Shown: piece by piece, positions 45,110 to 54,995 of the stretch | Layout: every line of letters starts with the position of its first letter | How positions within the stretch are numbered: position 1 is the first letter of the stretch | Assembly (NCBI GenBank): GCA_002308915.1 | Contig: DBWI01000006.1 | Coordinates: 1-62,847 of the forward strand | Length of the DNA: 62,847 nt | Source: Christensenella sp. UBA1242 | GTDB lineage: Bacteria > Bacillota > Clostridia > Christensenellales > UBA1242 | Reading direction: 5' to 3' | Position numbers and translations under genes: made by a program | The notes under the pieces: model-generated | Seen by the model: only the letters and a program-made list of their open reading frames with translations | Database searches by the model: none | What the model was told of the DNA's origin: nothing

Positions 45110-45884
45110 ATTATTAAAATATGACTTCAGAAAAAATATGCGCTGGCTTTGGATTTTGTTTGTTGGTGCAATTGTTGCTGCAGGCATAACAAGGGGACTT
45201 GTGGAATTAGGCAAGAGTATAGCATTTTTCAAAGTTCTAAGCATTTTGTTTGATTCTGTGTTTTATGCACTTGTTGCAAATTCATTAATTCAACCTTTCT
45301 TGCGTGGTTTTATGGATTTTTCAAAATCATTGTATGGTGATGAATCATACTTAACACACACGCTTCCTGTTACAAAAAAACAAATAATCAATTCAAAATA
45401 CATCACAACTTTTGCAGAACTATTGATGGGATTTGCAAGTGTTATTATTGCAATTTTGATTAGGTTTGCTTCTCCAACATTTTTGCAGACAATAAAGTAT
45501 ATGCTATCTGCAGTTGTAACTGGTGAGTTTTCTGCATTGCTTGCACTTGTGCTTATGATAGTGCTTGTTATTGTTGAATTTTTGATGTTCAGTTCAATTA
45601 TAAATTTTTCAATTGTTATGGCATACAAATCAAATGAGAAAAAAGTGTTAAAGTCATTTTTGTTCACAGCTGCATTTGCTGCTATTGCAATGACAGTGCT
45701 TTCTGTTGCAATGGTTATAATGTTTGTTGCATTTGGAGTTGATATTTCAAGTTCAACACTCACATTCACTGCACCTGTGTTCTTTGGAATTATCATAACA
45801 GGAATAGTTGTGTATTTACTTTTTACAGTGTTGTTTTATTTCCTTGCAAAAAAGGAATTTGGCAAAGGCGTTAATGTTGATTAA
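45099..45884 (+). CDS. ABC-2-type permease (6 TM)
   Basis: SD AGGAGG before ATG 45099; 11-nt overlap with the ATPase gene. Confidence 0.72.
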   Translation: MLGKLLKYDFRKNMRWLWILFVGAIVAAGITRGLVELGKSIAFFKVLSILFDSVFYALVANSLIQPFLRGFMDFSKSLYGDESYLTHTLPVTKKQIINSKYITTFAELLMGFASVIIAILIRFASPTFLQTIKYMLSAVVTGEFSALLALVLMIVLVIVEFLMFSSIINFSIVMAYKSNEKKVLKSFLFTAAFAAIAMTVLSVAMVIMFVAFGVDISSSTLTFTAPVFFGIIITGIVVYLLFTVLFYFLAKKEFGKGVNVD

Positions 45885-45892
45885 ATAACAAA

Positions 45893-45929
45893 ACAAAAAA
45901 CTCTAACCAAGTTGGCTAGAGTTTTTTTG
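45893..45929. terminator. Bidirectional terminator
   Basis: CTCTAACCAA-GTTGGCTAGAG flanked by A and T runs. Confidence 0.75.
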
Positions 45930-45931
45930 TG

Positions 45932-46417
45932 TCAAATATTTTTTATGTAGTGATGCATTGTGCAAATGCACGGCTTGTGGCCACATTCTTTGCAGTCAAA
46001 GTCTGGACACAAATTTCCCCAATAATTTGGTATTGTTTGAGTTTTAACAAATCCAAAATTTTCCAATAACTTTTGACTGTTTGTATGACCATTTGCTTCA
46101 ATTGCGCAACATTCAACTTTGTTATATTTTTTTGCCTTTGCAATGTCAATGGCAATGTCCATAAATGTTGACCCAATTTTCATTTTTTGAAAGTCAGGGG
46201 ATATAACAATCATGTCAATATAAAAGTATTCTTTTTCTTCATGACAAATCAAACATCCAACAACTTGGTTGTCACAAAGTGCAAGTTTGATAATATATTT
46301 TTCAATGTTTTCAAAAATCTCATCACTATCCGAGCCTTCGCCCCATTGAGCATTTTGCAAGGCAAACAGTTCGTCATAATATTGTGTTGTGTAATCAACA
46401 TATTTTAATTCTTTCAT
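45932..46417 (-). CDS. GNAT-family N-acetyltransferase with a Cys/His-rich C-terminal tail
   Basis: MIVISPDFQKMKIGSTFMD (acetyl-CoA-binding region pattern); tail CPDFDCKECGHKPCICTMHH. Confidence 0.78.
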   Translation of the reverse strand: MKELKYVDYTTQYYDELFALQNAQWGEGSDSDEIFENIEKYIIKLALCDNQVVGCLICHEEKEYFYIDMIVISPDFQKMKIGSTFMDIAIDIAKAKKYNKVECCAIEANGHTNSQKLLENFGFVKTQTIPNYWGNLCPDFDCKECGHKPCICTMHHYIKNI

Positions 46418-46511
46418 ACAATTTCCTTAAAATCTCCTATAATTACTATATCACAATTGTTGTTGATAGTGTTATCAAATTATGTTTATTTATTTATAAT
46501 AAATATAATAC

Positions 46512-46540
46512 TTGAAAAATTGTCATTGTTATTGTATAAT
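46512..46540 (+). promoter_or_regulatory. Promoter
   Basis: TTGAAA - 17 nt - TATAAT. Confidence 0.65.
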
Positions 46541-46568
46541 CAAAAACAGATAAAAGAGAGAATAAATT

Positions 46569-47141
46569 ATGTTTAGTGAAGAAGATAAAAAACAAATAAG
46601 AAAAATATTCAAGCAAAGTTTGTTCAAAAGAATTTTTAGGGGACAAGATAGTGAATCAGATATCACCAAAAAAGTTGTAAAAAACAGCAATCTTTCTCCT
46701 GCAAAAAAGTGTATTGTTCTTATTGATATGTACAAGTACTATTTTGCTCAAGGAATAGAAAGTGATGCAAAGCTTCAAGCATATGAACTTTATTATGAAC
46801 AATTTATGATTAACGGTCAAAAAGATGAAGCTAGGTTTATGGAGTGCTATAGCTATAGTTACGACGATATTTTGTTTTTCAATTTGGTAACTTTAACAAA
46901 AGCGATTGAAGATATAAAAGGACAAGGCATTGACTATTCAGAACTTTCAACCACCAAACAAAAATATGTTCAAATGATACAAGAATTAAAAGAAAATTGT
47001 GGTTTTGATGCTGATTTTAATTATCCAGCATTTTACACAGACCAAGTATTAAGAAATGATATTTCTCACAAAATGCATTGGTTTGTACAAGATTACAAAA
47101 AGCTTATGGATAACGACAAGTACGAACTTGGAATAAATTAA
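46569..47141 (+). CDS. Hypothetical cytoplasmic protein, 190 aa
   Basis: ORF with SD AGAGAG-like sequence; no recognisable family. Confidence 0.65.
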   Translation: MFSEEDKKQIRKIFKQSLFKRIFRGQDSESDITKKVVKNSNLSPAKKCIVLIDMYKYYFAQGIESDAKLQAYELYYEQFMINGQKDEARFMECYSYSYDDILFFNLVTLTKAIEDIKGQGIDYSELSTTKQKYVQMIQELKENCGFDADFNYPAFYTDQVLRNDISHKMHWFVQDYKKLMDNDKYELGIN

Positions 47142-47160
47142 AAAATAAAAGGACAGGGGA

Positions 47161-48579
47161 ATGAAAAAAATATATGCAGTTTTTATATTTATTTTTTTGG
47201 CAATTTCCACCTGCCTTTTTTTGGGTTGTCAAGATGCAAAATTTCAAATAAATTTGCCAAGTGAAATTGTTTTGCAAAATGAACAAACACCACTTCCAGA
47301 ATTAAAACTTGGTGACAAAAAAGTGAGTTATGATAATTTTTATTACCAAAACGATGATGGTTATATTTATGTTTTTGGTAACATGATTTATTTAACTCAA
47401 GATGCACCAGACCAGTTCAACACGCAACTCAAAGTAATCTATAAAAAAGATACAAATATCTCAAAAACAATAAACATCAAAAAAGTTCATATAGAGATTT
47501 CTTCGTTAAGCATAACATGCAACACAAAAGCGATTTTCCCAGGTGAGAATGTTTTTTACACAATAAATTATTTGCCACAAAATGCAATACTAAGGAATTA
47601 TCAAGTACAATTTGACCATCCTGAATATGTCCAAAGTCAAGACAAAAATTGTTTCAGGCTAGCTGGCAATGTTGAATTTGGAGCAGAGCTAACAATGACA
47701 ATTAATGTTAATCAAAATTTATCAGCCACCTACAAATTTGTGGTCAATGATAATGTTTATGATGTATACAATGTTAACCAACTAAAAAGAATTTCCAACG
47801 ATATTTATGGTTATTACAATATAAAAAGTGATATAGATTTTAGTGATTTTGATTGGAATTTGATAGATGAGTTTTATGGTGTAATTAATGGAAACAATCA
47901 TAAAATTATGCAAATTGAGTACCAAAAACGACTAAAAGATAGGCAAAATAACAATAATTTTGGTTTTATAAAGAATTTGTATGGTACTGTGCGTAATGTT
48001 GTTTTTGACAATTTTAATATATTTGTTCACAAGTTTCATGACAATTTGGAAAACATGACAATTGGTTCAGTTTGTGGTTTGCTTATTAATGGAGAAATTG
48101 ATAATGTAAAAATTATTGATTCAACAATTTATGGCTATCATGACTCTGATGACAAAAAAGTTAAAACAAGATTATACATTGGTGGCGTGGCAGGACAATG
48201 CAAAAATGGAATAATTTCAAATTGTGAAATTGTCAATTCAAAAATTTGGGGAGCAACACACATAAACATTGAGCCATCTTCAATTGCAGATTGTTGGACT
48301 CATGCTGGCGGAATTGTTGGTGACCTTGAATATGGAAAAGTAATATCTTGTACAAGGTCAGACTCAACAACTGTAACTTCGCAAGTAAGGAGTGGAAGTA
48401 ATACTTCTGCCTATCATTGCATTTGTGGGGGAATTGTTGGACATAGCTATTTTGGAAAAATTTTGAATTGTAATTCAACAATATTCAATTTGAAAACAAT
48501 TGAAGATATAGAAGAGAACAGAAAGGCAAATACAAGCAATACACTTGTTGGTGCGATTTGTGCAGAAGTGGTAGAGTAG
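47161..48579 (+). CDS. Lipoprotein with GLUG-type motifs
   Basis: MKKIYAVFIFIFLAISTCLFLGC lipobox; IGGVAGQ, AGGIVGD, CGGIVGH. Confidence 0.7.
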   Translation: MKKIYAVFIFIFLAISTCLFLGCQDAKFQINLPSEIVLQNEQTPLPELKLGDKKVSYDNFYYQNDDGYIYVFGNMIYLTQDAPDQFNTQLKVIYKKDTNISKTINIKKVHIEISSLSITCNTKAIFPGENVFYTINYLPQNAILRNYQVQFDHPEYVQSQDKNCFRLAGNVEFGAELTMTINVNQNLSATYKFVVNDNVYDVYNVNQLKRISNDIYGYYNIKSDIDFSDFDWNLIDEFYGVINGNNHKIMQIEYQKRLKDRQNNNNFGFIKNLYGTVRNVVFDNFNIFVHKFHDNLENMTIGSVCGLLINGEIDNVKIIDSTIYGYHDSDDKKVKTRLYIGGVAGQCKNGIISNCEIVNSKIWGATHINIEPSSIADCWTHAGGIVGDLEYGKVISCTRSDSTTVTSQVRSGSNTSAYHCICGGIVGHSYFGKILNCNSTIFNLKTIEDIEENRKANTSNTLVGAICAEVVE

Positions 48580-48587
48580 GAGGCAAA

Positions 48588-51146
48588 ATGACAGAAGAAA
48601 ATTATATTGTTATACAAGATTTATGCAAAACATATAAGAGTAGTTCCAAAACGAGTGTTGATGCACTAAGGAACCTTAATTTTGCCCTACCACAAAAAGG
48701 TATGATTTTTGTCATTGGAAAAAGTGGTTGTGGAAAAAGTACTCTGCTCAATATTCTTGGTGGACTAGACAGACCAACAAGTGGAAACATATGCATTGCT
48801 GATAAGGTTGTTGATTTCAATAATGAGAGCAGTCTTGACGAATACAGAAATCAGGACATAGGATTTGTTTTTCAAGACCATAACCTAATGGATGATTTTA
48901 ATATTAAAGACAATATCAAAATGTCGCTTACAACTCAAAACAAGAGTGCAAGTGATGAAGAGATTGACGAAATACTCAAACTTGTTGACCTTGATGATTG
49001 CAAAAACAAAATGCCAAACGAAGTTTCTGGTGGACAAAGGCAAAGAATATCAATTGCAAGAACACTAATAAAAAAACCAAAAATAATATTAGCAGATGAG
49101 CCAACTGGAAATTTGGATAGTGTGAACAGCAAAAGAATTTTTGAAACCCTAAAGAATATTTCAAAAGACAATTTGGTGCTTGTTGTAACACATGACTTAG
49201 ATAGTGCCTATGTTTTTGGCGACAGAATTATTGAACTCAAAGATGGTGAAATTATCAATGATGCAATCAAGAAAAACGAATTTGATATAAACAAACTAAA
49301 GCAAAATTACAAAACAGAAGTAGACAAGGCTTTTGAACAAAATAATCAAAAAATTGCAATAAATAATGCAGAAATACAGCAAAAAAGCGTTTCAAAATCA
49401 AAATTAACGTTCAAAAGTGCTTTTAATATCATTTTCAATTGGCTAAAACGTGGCAAGGTTTCACTTATTGTTTCAGTACTAATTTTGGCAATTGCACTTG
49501 GTGGATTTGGAGTTGTAAATACAATAACAAATTACAATTACAACAATTCACTTTCCGATACTCTTTCAAACACAAGTGTTGCAACTGCAATGGTTGTGAA
49601 AGGTCAAATAAACAATGAACAGCACAATGCAGAATTTGACGATGAAGGTTTTACTTATCAAGAATTTGAAAACATTAAATCAGATTACAAGGGAACAAAC
49701 AAAGAGTTGCCTTTGTCGTATAGTTTTCAAAAATATGTTGCAAGTTCAAATAGTGATTACAGAAATACAATAAATGGAATATGTGAGATTACTGGAGAAA
49801 CTAACAGTGATTCAATCAAAACATTTTATAAGGCATCATTATTACTAGGCGAATATCCACAAAAAAATGATAATTATGTTGAAATATTAATTTCTGACTA
49901 CTTGGCAGATAGTATACTTTATTATGGAACAAAATTTGGTGATACTATAATCTATCCAAACACCACACAAGATAGTTTACTTAACAAAACATTTGTTAAC
50001 AGTGGAGTAAATTACAAAATTGTTGGTGTGTACACATGTCAATATAGTGAATTATACAAGTCAAATGATGACAATCTTGACAGCAACAGGTCATACAAAT
50101 ATGCAAGAGACTACATCTATTCTGTAGTGTTAACAAATGACAATGCAGTAAAAAATTATGCAATAAACAATAGCACTTTTGAAATTGATTTATTACTCAA
50201 AGCTAGTGATGATACAGCATATTACAACAACAGTTTGATAATGGCAGGAATGGATACTAAAGCACAAGTAAATTCATTTGCTTTAGCTCAAGGAATTGAC
50301 ATTGTTTTTAGTGCAGATTTTACCAGTGAAAACATAGCAGAAAATGGTATGATAATTTCATTTTCAAAATACCTAGATGTGTTCAATAAGTATGAATTTA
50401 ACGAGCATGGTGATATGATTTCAAACTTTGCAAATTTAACACCTGCAGACCTTCAAAATTTGCAAATTGATGTAAAAATTAACCCAAATACCACAAAAAA
50501 CTATCAAATTATAGGTATTTTTAATGATTTTGAGCAAATTGAAAATGTTGTTATTGTAAACAGAAATGTTAAAAAAAGTTATATAGAAAGTGAAATTTTA
50601 ATTTCAAATATACTAATCAGTTTAATTCAAAATGACACAAAAAATGTTGTAAAAAATTTCCAAAAAAGTCCAACAATTTTATATGCTGCAGCAACAGAAA
50701 GATTGTTGTATTTCAGTGGACTTTTTGATGTTATAAAAGATGTAATTTATCTTGTTATTGCTGTTCTATTTGTGTTTGTTTCCATACTCATGTTTAGTTT
50801 TATTTCAAAGAGTATTCGTGACAAACAAAAAGACATTGGAATAATGCGTTCACTTGGTGCAAACAGAAAAGATATTGCAAAGATATTTTTGCTGAACGAC
50901 CTATTATACATTGTTTCATCTTTTGTGATTGCGGTTGTAATTTATATTGTTGGTTGTGTTGTTGTCAACAACTTGCTTTGTTCAAATCTTGGAATAAATT
51001 TGGCATTGCTTTCCATCAACTTTGTTTCAATAATTTTGATGCTTGCAGTTAGCGTTGGTGTTATTGCACTTGCCAGCATAAGACCAATTTTCAAATATAC
51101 AAAAATGGCACCAATTGATGTTATTAGAAATACAGAACAAAAATAA
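48588..51146 (+). CDS. MacB-type fused ABC ATPase / FtsX-family permease with a large extracytoplasmic domain
   Basis: SD TAGGAGG before ATG 48588; GKSGCGKSTL, SGGQRQR, LADEPTG; TM1 at about aa 300; ~400-aa loop; three C-terminal TM helices. Confidence 0.85.
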   Translation: MTEENYIVIQDLCKTYKSSSKTSVDALRNLNFALPQKGMIFVIGKSGCGKSTLLNILGGLDRPTSGNICIADKVVDFNNESSLDEYRNQDIGFVFQDHNLMDDFNIKDNIKMSLTTQNKSASDEEIDEILKLVDLDDCKNKMPNEVSGGQRQRISIARTLIKKPKIILADEPTGNLDSVNSKRIFETLKNISKDNLVLVVTHDLDSAYVFGDRIIELKDGEIINDAIKKNEFDINKLKQNYKTEVDKAFEQNNQKIAINNAEIQQKSVSKSKLTFKSAFNIIFNWLKRGKVSLIVSVLILAIALGGFGVVNTITNYNYNNSLSDTLSNTSVATAMVVKGQINNEQHNAEFDDEGFTYQEFENIKSDYKGTNKELPLSYSFQKYVASSNSDYRNTINGICEITGETNSDSIKTFYKASLLLGEYPQKNDNYVEILISDYLADSILYYGTKFGDTIIYPNTTQDSLLNKTFVNSGVNYKIVGVYTCQYSELYKSNDDNLDSNRSYKYARDYIYSVVLTNDNAVKNYAINNSTFEIDLLLKASDDTAYYNNSLIMAGMDTKAQVNSFALAQGIDIVFSADFTSENIAENGMIISFSKYLDVFNKYEFNEHGDMISNFANLTPADLQNLQIDVKINPNTTKNYQIIGIFNDFEQIENVVIVNRNVKKSYIESEILISNILISLIQNDTKNVVKNFQKSPTILYAAATERLLYFSGLFDVIKDVIYLVIAVLFVFVSILMFSFISKSIRDKQKDIGIMRSLGANRKDIAKIFLLNDLLYIVSSFVIAVVIYIVGCVVVNNLLCSNLGINLALLSINFVSIILMLAVSVGVIALASIRPIFKYTKMAPIDVIRNTEQK

Positions 51147-51219
51147 AATATTTTTGAGAATTCTTTGACATTGTTTTTTTAACGCTATAAAATTATGTAG
51201 AAATTAAAAGGAAGTACAA

Positions 51220-52005
51220 ATGAACAAGAAAGGTATAAGTGTATATTTTGGGTACAATTTAAAAATTGGTGATGCAGAAAAATTGATTGGTGAACATAAT
51301 TTTGATTGTGTAATAACAAATGCTGACAAAAAATTCAATTATCAAAATGGAACAATAAGGCATCAAATAAAATTATTCAAAAAATATGGTCTTGAAGTGT
51401 CAAGTTTGCATATGGCATATCATGGCAAAGATTTGAGAGAATTCTGGAAAGACACACCAAAAGGTGATGAACTAGAAAAAAACTTAATTCGTGATGTAAA
51501 GATTGCTCACAAATATGGTTTTAGTTGTGTTGTTGTTCATCTTGTTGGTGAAGAAAGTGAAGTTGGTCTTGAAAGAATAAAAAGAGTATTAAAAGTATGT
51601 GAAAAACTTGGCGTTCCACTTGCACTAGAAAATGTTGGTTATCACAAACTTTTAAGATATTGTTTTTCAAATATCAAAAGTGATTATCTCAAACTTTGTT
51701 TTGATATTGGGCACCAAAATGTATTTGAACCACAATATGATGTTTTGGAAGAATTTGGCGACAAGTTGATAACACTTCATCTTCATAGCAATATGGGTGA
51801 AAAAGATGAACACACTCTCAACAAGTACGGCAATGTTGATTGGGAAGCTTTTGCAAAAAGACTTGCCAAACTCAATCCAAACATAAACCTTGATTATGAA
51901 ATTTTGATGCATACTCGTCATTGTGAAAGTGCAAGTGATGTACTAAAAGAAGTTTATGAACAGGCCTGCGAACTTGAAAAAATGATAGAAAAATACAAAA
52001 ATTAA
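51220..52005 (+). CDS. Xylose-isomerase-like TIM-barrel protein (sugar phosphate isomerase/epimerase family)
   Basis: VVVHLVG, LALENV, DIGHQN, HLHSNMGEKDEHT..GNVDWEAF. Confidence 0.62.
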   Translation: MNKKGISVYFGYNLKIGDAEKLIGEHNFDCVITNADKKFNYQNGTIRHQIKLFKKYGLEVSSLHMAYHGKDLREFWKDTPKGDELEKNLIRDVKIAHKYGFSCVVVHLVGEESEVGLERIKRVLKVCEKLGVPLALENVGYHKLLRYCFSNIKSDYLKLCFDIGHQNVFEPQYDVLEEFGDKLITLHLHSNMGEKDEHTLNKYGNVDWEAFAKRLAKLNPNINLDYEILMHTRHCESASDVLKEVYEQACELEKMIEKYKN

Positions 52006-52010
52006 ACAAA

Positions 52011-52037
52011 AACACTCATTTTTGAGTGTTTTTTTTG
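52011..52037 (+). terminator. Intrinsic terminator
   Basis: AACACTCA-TTTT-TGAGTGTT plus T8. Confidence 0.8.
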
Positions 52038-52154
52038 TGCAATTTGTGTAAATTTTACTATTTTTTGTTTTTATTTTTTAGAATGTATTTTGCTATTTAC
52101 TTTTTATTATAACTCTGTTATAATATTTTTGCGTTTAATATAAAGGAGAAAAAA

Positions 52155-53579
52155 ATGAAAAACAAAGCGATTACATCAAGAGATGAAGATTTTGCTCAGT
52201 GGTATACTGACGTTGTAAAAGCTGCACATTTGGCAGAATATTCAAATGTTAAAGGTTGTATCGTTTTTGAACCCAATGGTTATGCACTTTGGGAAAAGAT
52301 GCAAAGCATACTTGACAAAATGTTCAAAGAGACAGGACACCAAAACGTGTACATGCCAGTATTCATTCCAGAAGCATTACTCAAAAAAGAAGGTGAACTT
52401 ATTGCAGGGTTTGCTCCAGAATGTGCTTGGGTAACAACTGGTGGCAGTGCTCAACTTGAAGACAGATATGCAATTCGTCCAACAAGTGAAACTTTGTTTT
52501 GTGATTACTTTAGCACAAAAGTTAAGTCATACAGAGATTTGCCAAAGCTTTATAACCAATGGTGCAATGTTGTAAGATGGGAAAAAGAAACAAGACCATT
52601 CCTTAGAACTCGTGAATTTTTGTGGCAAGAAGGACATACAATTCATGAAACAGAACAAGAAGCAAAAGAAGAAACACTAAGAATGCTTGGAATTTATGAA
52701 AAGTTTTTTAAGGAATATCTTGCAATACCTTGCATAACAGGACAAAAAACAGAAAAAGAAAAATTTGCAGGTGCCGAAAGTACATACACAATAGAAGCAC
52801 TTATGTATAATGGTGTTGCTCTTCAAAGTGCAACAAGCCACTACTTTGGACAAAAATTTTCAAAAGCATATGATGTCAAATTTTTGAACAGAAACAACGA
52901 ATGGGAAAATGTTTATCAAACATCTTGGGGTTGCACAACAAGAATGATAGGTGGGCTTATTATGGTTCACAGTGACGAAAACGGACTTGTTTTGCCACCA
53001 AAGATTGCACCAAGACAAGTTGCCATTGTTCCAATTGGCAGTGATGAAGAAGTTATGGCTTTATGTAAAGATATTTGCACAAAACTTAATGCAAAAGATA
53101 TTGTTTCATTTGTAGATGATTCCGAAAAATCACCAGGATTCAAATTTGCAGAACACGAAGTTAATGGAATCCCAGTAAGAATAGAAATAGGCAAAAGAGA
53201 TTTAGACAATGGACAAATAACACTTGCTCGTCGTGATACTCGTGAAAAGATAAATGTTTCAAAAGACGTAGACATTGTTTTGGAAGTAAGCAAATTGCTT
53301 GATGATATTCAAAACAACTTGTATCAAAGGGCATTAGAGCGTAGAGATGCATTAACATACAGAACAGATAACTTGGAAGAAGTTAAAAAGATTATGAACA
53401 CAAGACCAGGATTTATTTATTCTCATTGGTGTGGTGATGAGGAATGCGAACTCAAGATGAAAGAAATCCGTGGAACAAAATCTCGTTGTATAACAGCAGA
53501 AAAAGTTGGTGCAGATGACAAGTGTGTTGTTTGTGGAAAGCCAGCAAAACATATGGTTGTTTGGGGAATACAATACTAA
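52155..53579 (+). CDS. proS: Proline--tRNA ligase, archaeal/eukaryote-like type
   Basis: FAQWYTDVV N-terminus, IRPTSET, RTREFLWQEGH, C-terminal domain ending VVWGIQY; no editing-domain insertion. Confidence 0.92.
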   Translation: MKNKAITSRDEDFAQWYTDVVKAAHLAEYSNVKGCIVFEPNGYALWEKMQSILDKMFKETGHQNVYMPVFIPEALLKKEGELIAGFAPECAWVTTGGSAQLEDRYAIRPTSETLFCDYFSTKVKSYRDLPKLYNQWCNVVRWEKETRPFLRTREFLWQEGHTIHETEQEAKEETLRMLGIYEKFFKEYLAIPCITGQKTEKEKFAGAESTYTIEALMYNGVALQSATSHYFGQKFSKAYDVKFLNRNNEWENVYQTSWGCTTRMIGGLIMVHSDENGLVLPPKIAPRQVAIVPIGSDEEVMALCKDICTKLNAKDIVSFVDDSEKSPGFKFAEHEVNGIPVRIEIGKRDLDNGQITLARRDTREKINVSKDVDIVLEVSKLLDDIQNNLYQRALERRDALTYRTDNLEEVKKIMNTRPGFIYSHWCGDEECELKMKEIRGTKSRCITAEKVGADDKCVVCGKPAKHMVVWGIQY

Positions 53580-53600
53580 AAACAAAATGGAGTGTTTGTT

Positions 53601-54854
53601 ATGGACTTATTACTATATTCAAAAGATTTAAAAGAACTTGATGAATATATGCCAGATAGTGAAGAAGAAAGAAAAAATATCACTGTCTTTTTAAGGCTAC
53701 CTATGTCTTGCATTGCAACAAAAAAACTTGAGAAAATAGAAAAACTATTTGCACCATACACTGGGTTAAAAAGATTGGCATTTTTGTTTGAGCCAAAAGA
53801 TTACAAAATTTCTCAAGAACAACTAGATACTCTTATTGATTTCCAAGTTGAAAGACCAATTGATTGTTGTATAGAAGATGAATATGACACTTGCGAAATT
53901 GGAAAAGTGTATGCAGCAATGCAAAAAATATACCAATATTGTGATTTTATTAACAAAAATGATTTGTCACCAGTAGAAAGTTTGATGTATGCATATTTGA
54001 TGGCAACAGAAAAGCCATACAAAGAAGAAGGAAAAGGTGAGCCAGAAGAAATATCAAGATCTGTGTTTTCAATAATGAATAATGACAAAATTGTTTGTGC
54101 GGGCTATTGTAGTATTATTAAGGCAATAATAAGCAACCTAAACACAGAAAACATCAAGGTTTTTGACAACACAACAGCAAGCTATGATGAAAATGGCGAT
54201 AAACTTTTACATGCAACTTTAATTTGTTATATCAAAGATGCCAAGTATGGCATTGATGGATATTATCTATTGGACCCAACAGTTGATTCAGAACTTACTT
54301 ATCATCAGGATCCAAAAGACAGAGATTGGTTTGTAAACAACTTTTTGGTAACTCTTGGAGATATCAAATATTCATCTTTTGAGTACAAAGAAGTAAAATA
54401 TGCTGATATGTACATAACTGATACTAATGAACTTTACAGTGAAGAATCAAAACATGAAAGATTAGACAATTCATTAAGATTTGGCGATGAAAAACTTTTG
54501 ATTAACAAAGAATTTCAAAAAGCACTTAATGACAATATAAAAATAATTGATGAGCTTAACAAAAATTATGGAAGTCAAGTAACAGGCATTCCACTAAGCA
54601 CAACAATTCACAAAAACAAAAGGGTAGTAGAAGAAGCGTTATATCACAATTCCGAAGCAATTCCACTTCATGTTACAATTCAATCATTATACAGAATATT
54701 TAATGCGATGAAATTATATTCAACAAAGAGTGAAAATTTCTATTATACAAAAAAGATAATTAACAAAAACATAATTGCTTGCAAAGCATCTGAAAACTTC
54801 AAAGAAGGTGCAGCAAATCAAATAAGCATGTGTGATGATATATACAAAGTATAA
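53601..54854 (+). CDS. Cytoplasmic transglutaminase-like protein, paralog of 3617..4987
   Basis: DKIVCAGYC (Cys), LHATL (His), LLDPTVDS (Asp); SD GGAG 8 nt before ATG 53601, 21 nt after the proS stop. Confidence 0.6.
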   Translation: MDLLLYSKDLKELDEYMPDSEEERKNITVFLRLPMSCIATKKLEKIEKLFAPYTGLKRLAFLFEPKDYKISQEQLDTLIDFQVERPIDCCIEDEYDTCEIGKVYAAMQKIYQYCDFINKNDLSPVESLMYAYLMATEKPYKEEGKGEPEEISRSVFSIMNNDKIVCAGYCSIIKAIISNLNTENIKVFDNTTASYDENGDKLLHATLICYIKDAKYGIDGYYLLDPTVDSELTYHQDPKDRDWFVNNFLVTLGDIKYSSFEYKEVKYADMYITDTNELYSEESKHERLDNSLRFGDEKLLINKEFQKALNDNIKIIDELNKNYGSQVTGIPLSTTIHKNKRVVEEALYHNSEAIPLHVTIQSLYRIFNAMKLYSTKSENFYYTKKIINKNIIACKASENFKEGAANQISMCDDIYKV

Positions 54855-54995
54855 ACTGTATCACAAACAAAGAAAAAATGAAAAAAACAATAAAAAGACA
54901 CTCAAACAAGAGCTTATAAGTGAATAATAATGATTAGTAAACAAAAATTAAAAAATGATAAAATGCAAGGCGATAATTTGTATTAAATAAAAAAC

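Noticed and set aside
45290-45796. 168-aa minus-strand ORF inside the ABC permease gene
   Set aside because: It is a shadow of a hydrophobic coding frame. The permease frame has an SD and is coupled to the ATPase gene.
52006-52154. Possible T-box riboswitch upstream of proS
   Set aside because: The region is too short and too AT-rich. No T-box consensus, specifier hairpin or antiterminator/terminator pair is visible.
54855-54995. Micro-ORFs (13 and 18 codons) in the A-rich spacer after the second transglutaminase-like gene
   Set aside because: They have no SD, no promoter and low-complexity Lys-rich products. They are most likely chance ORFs.
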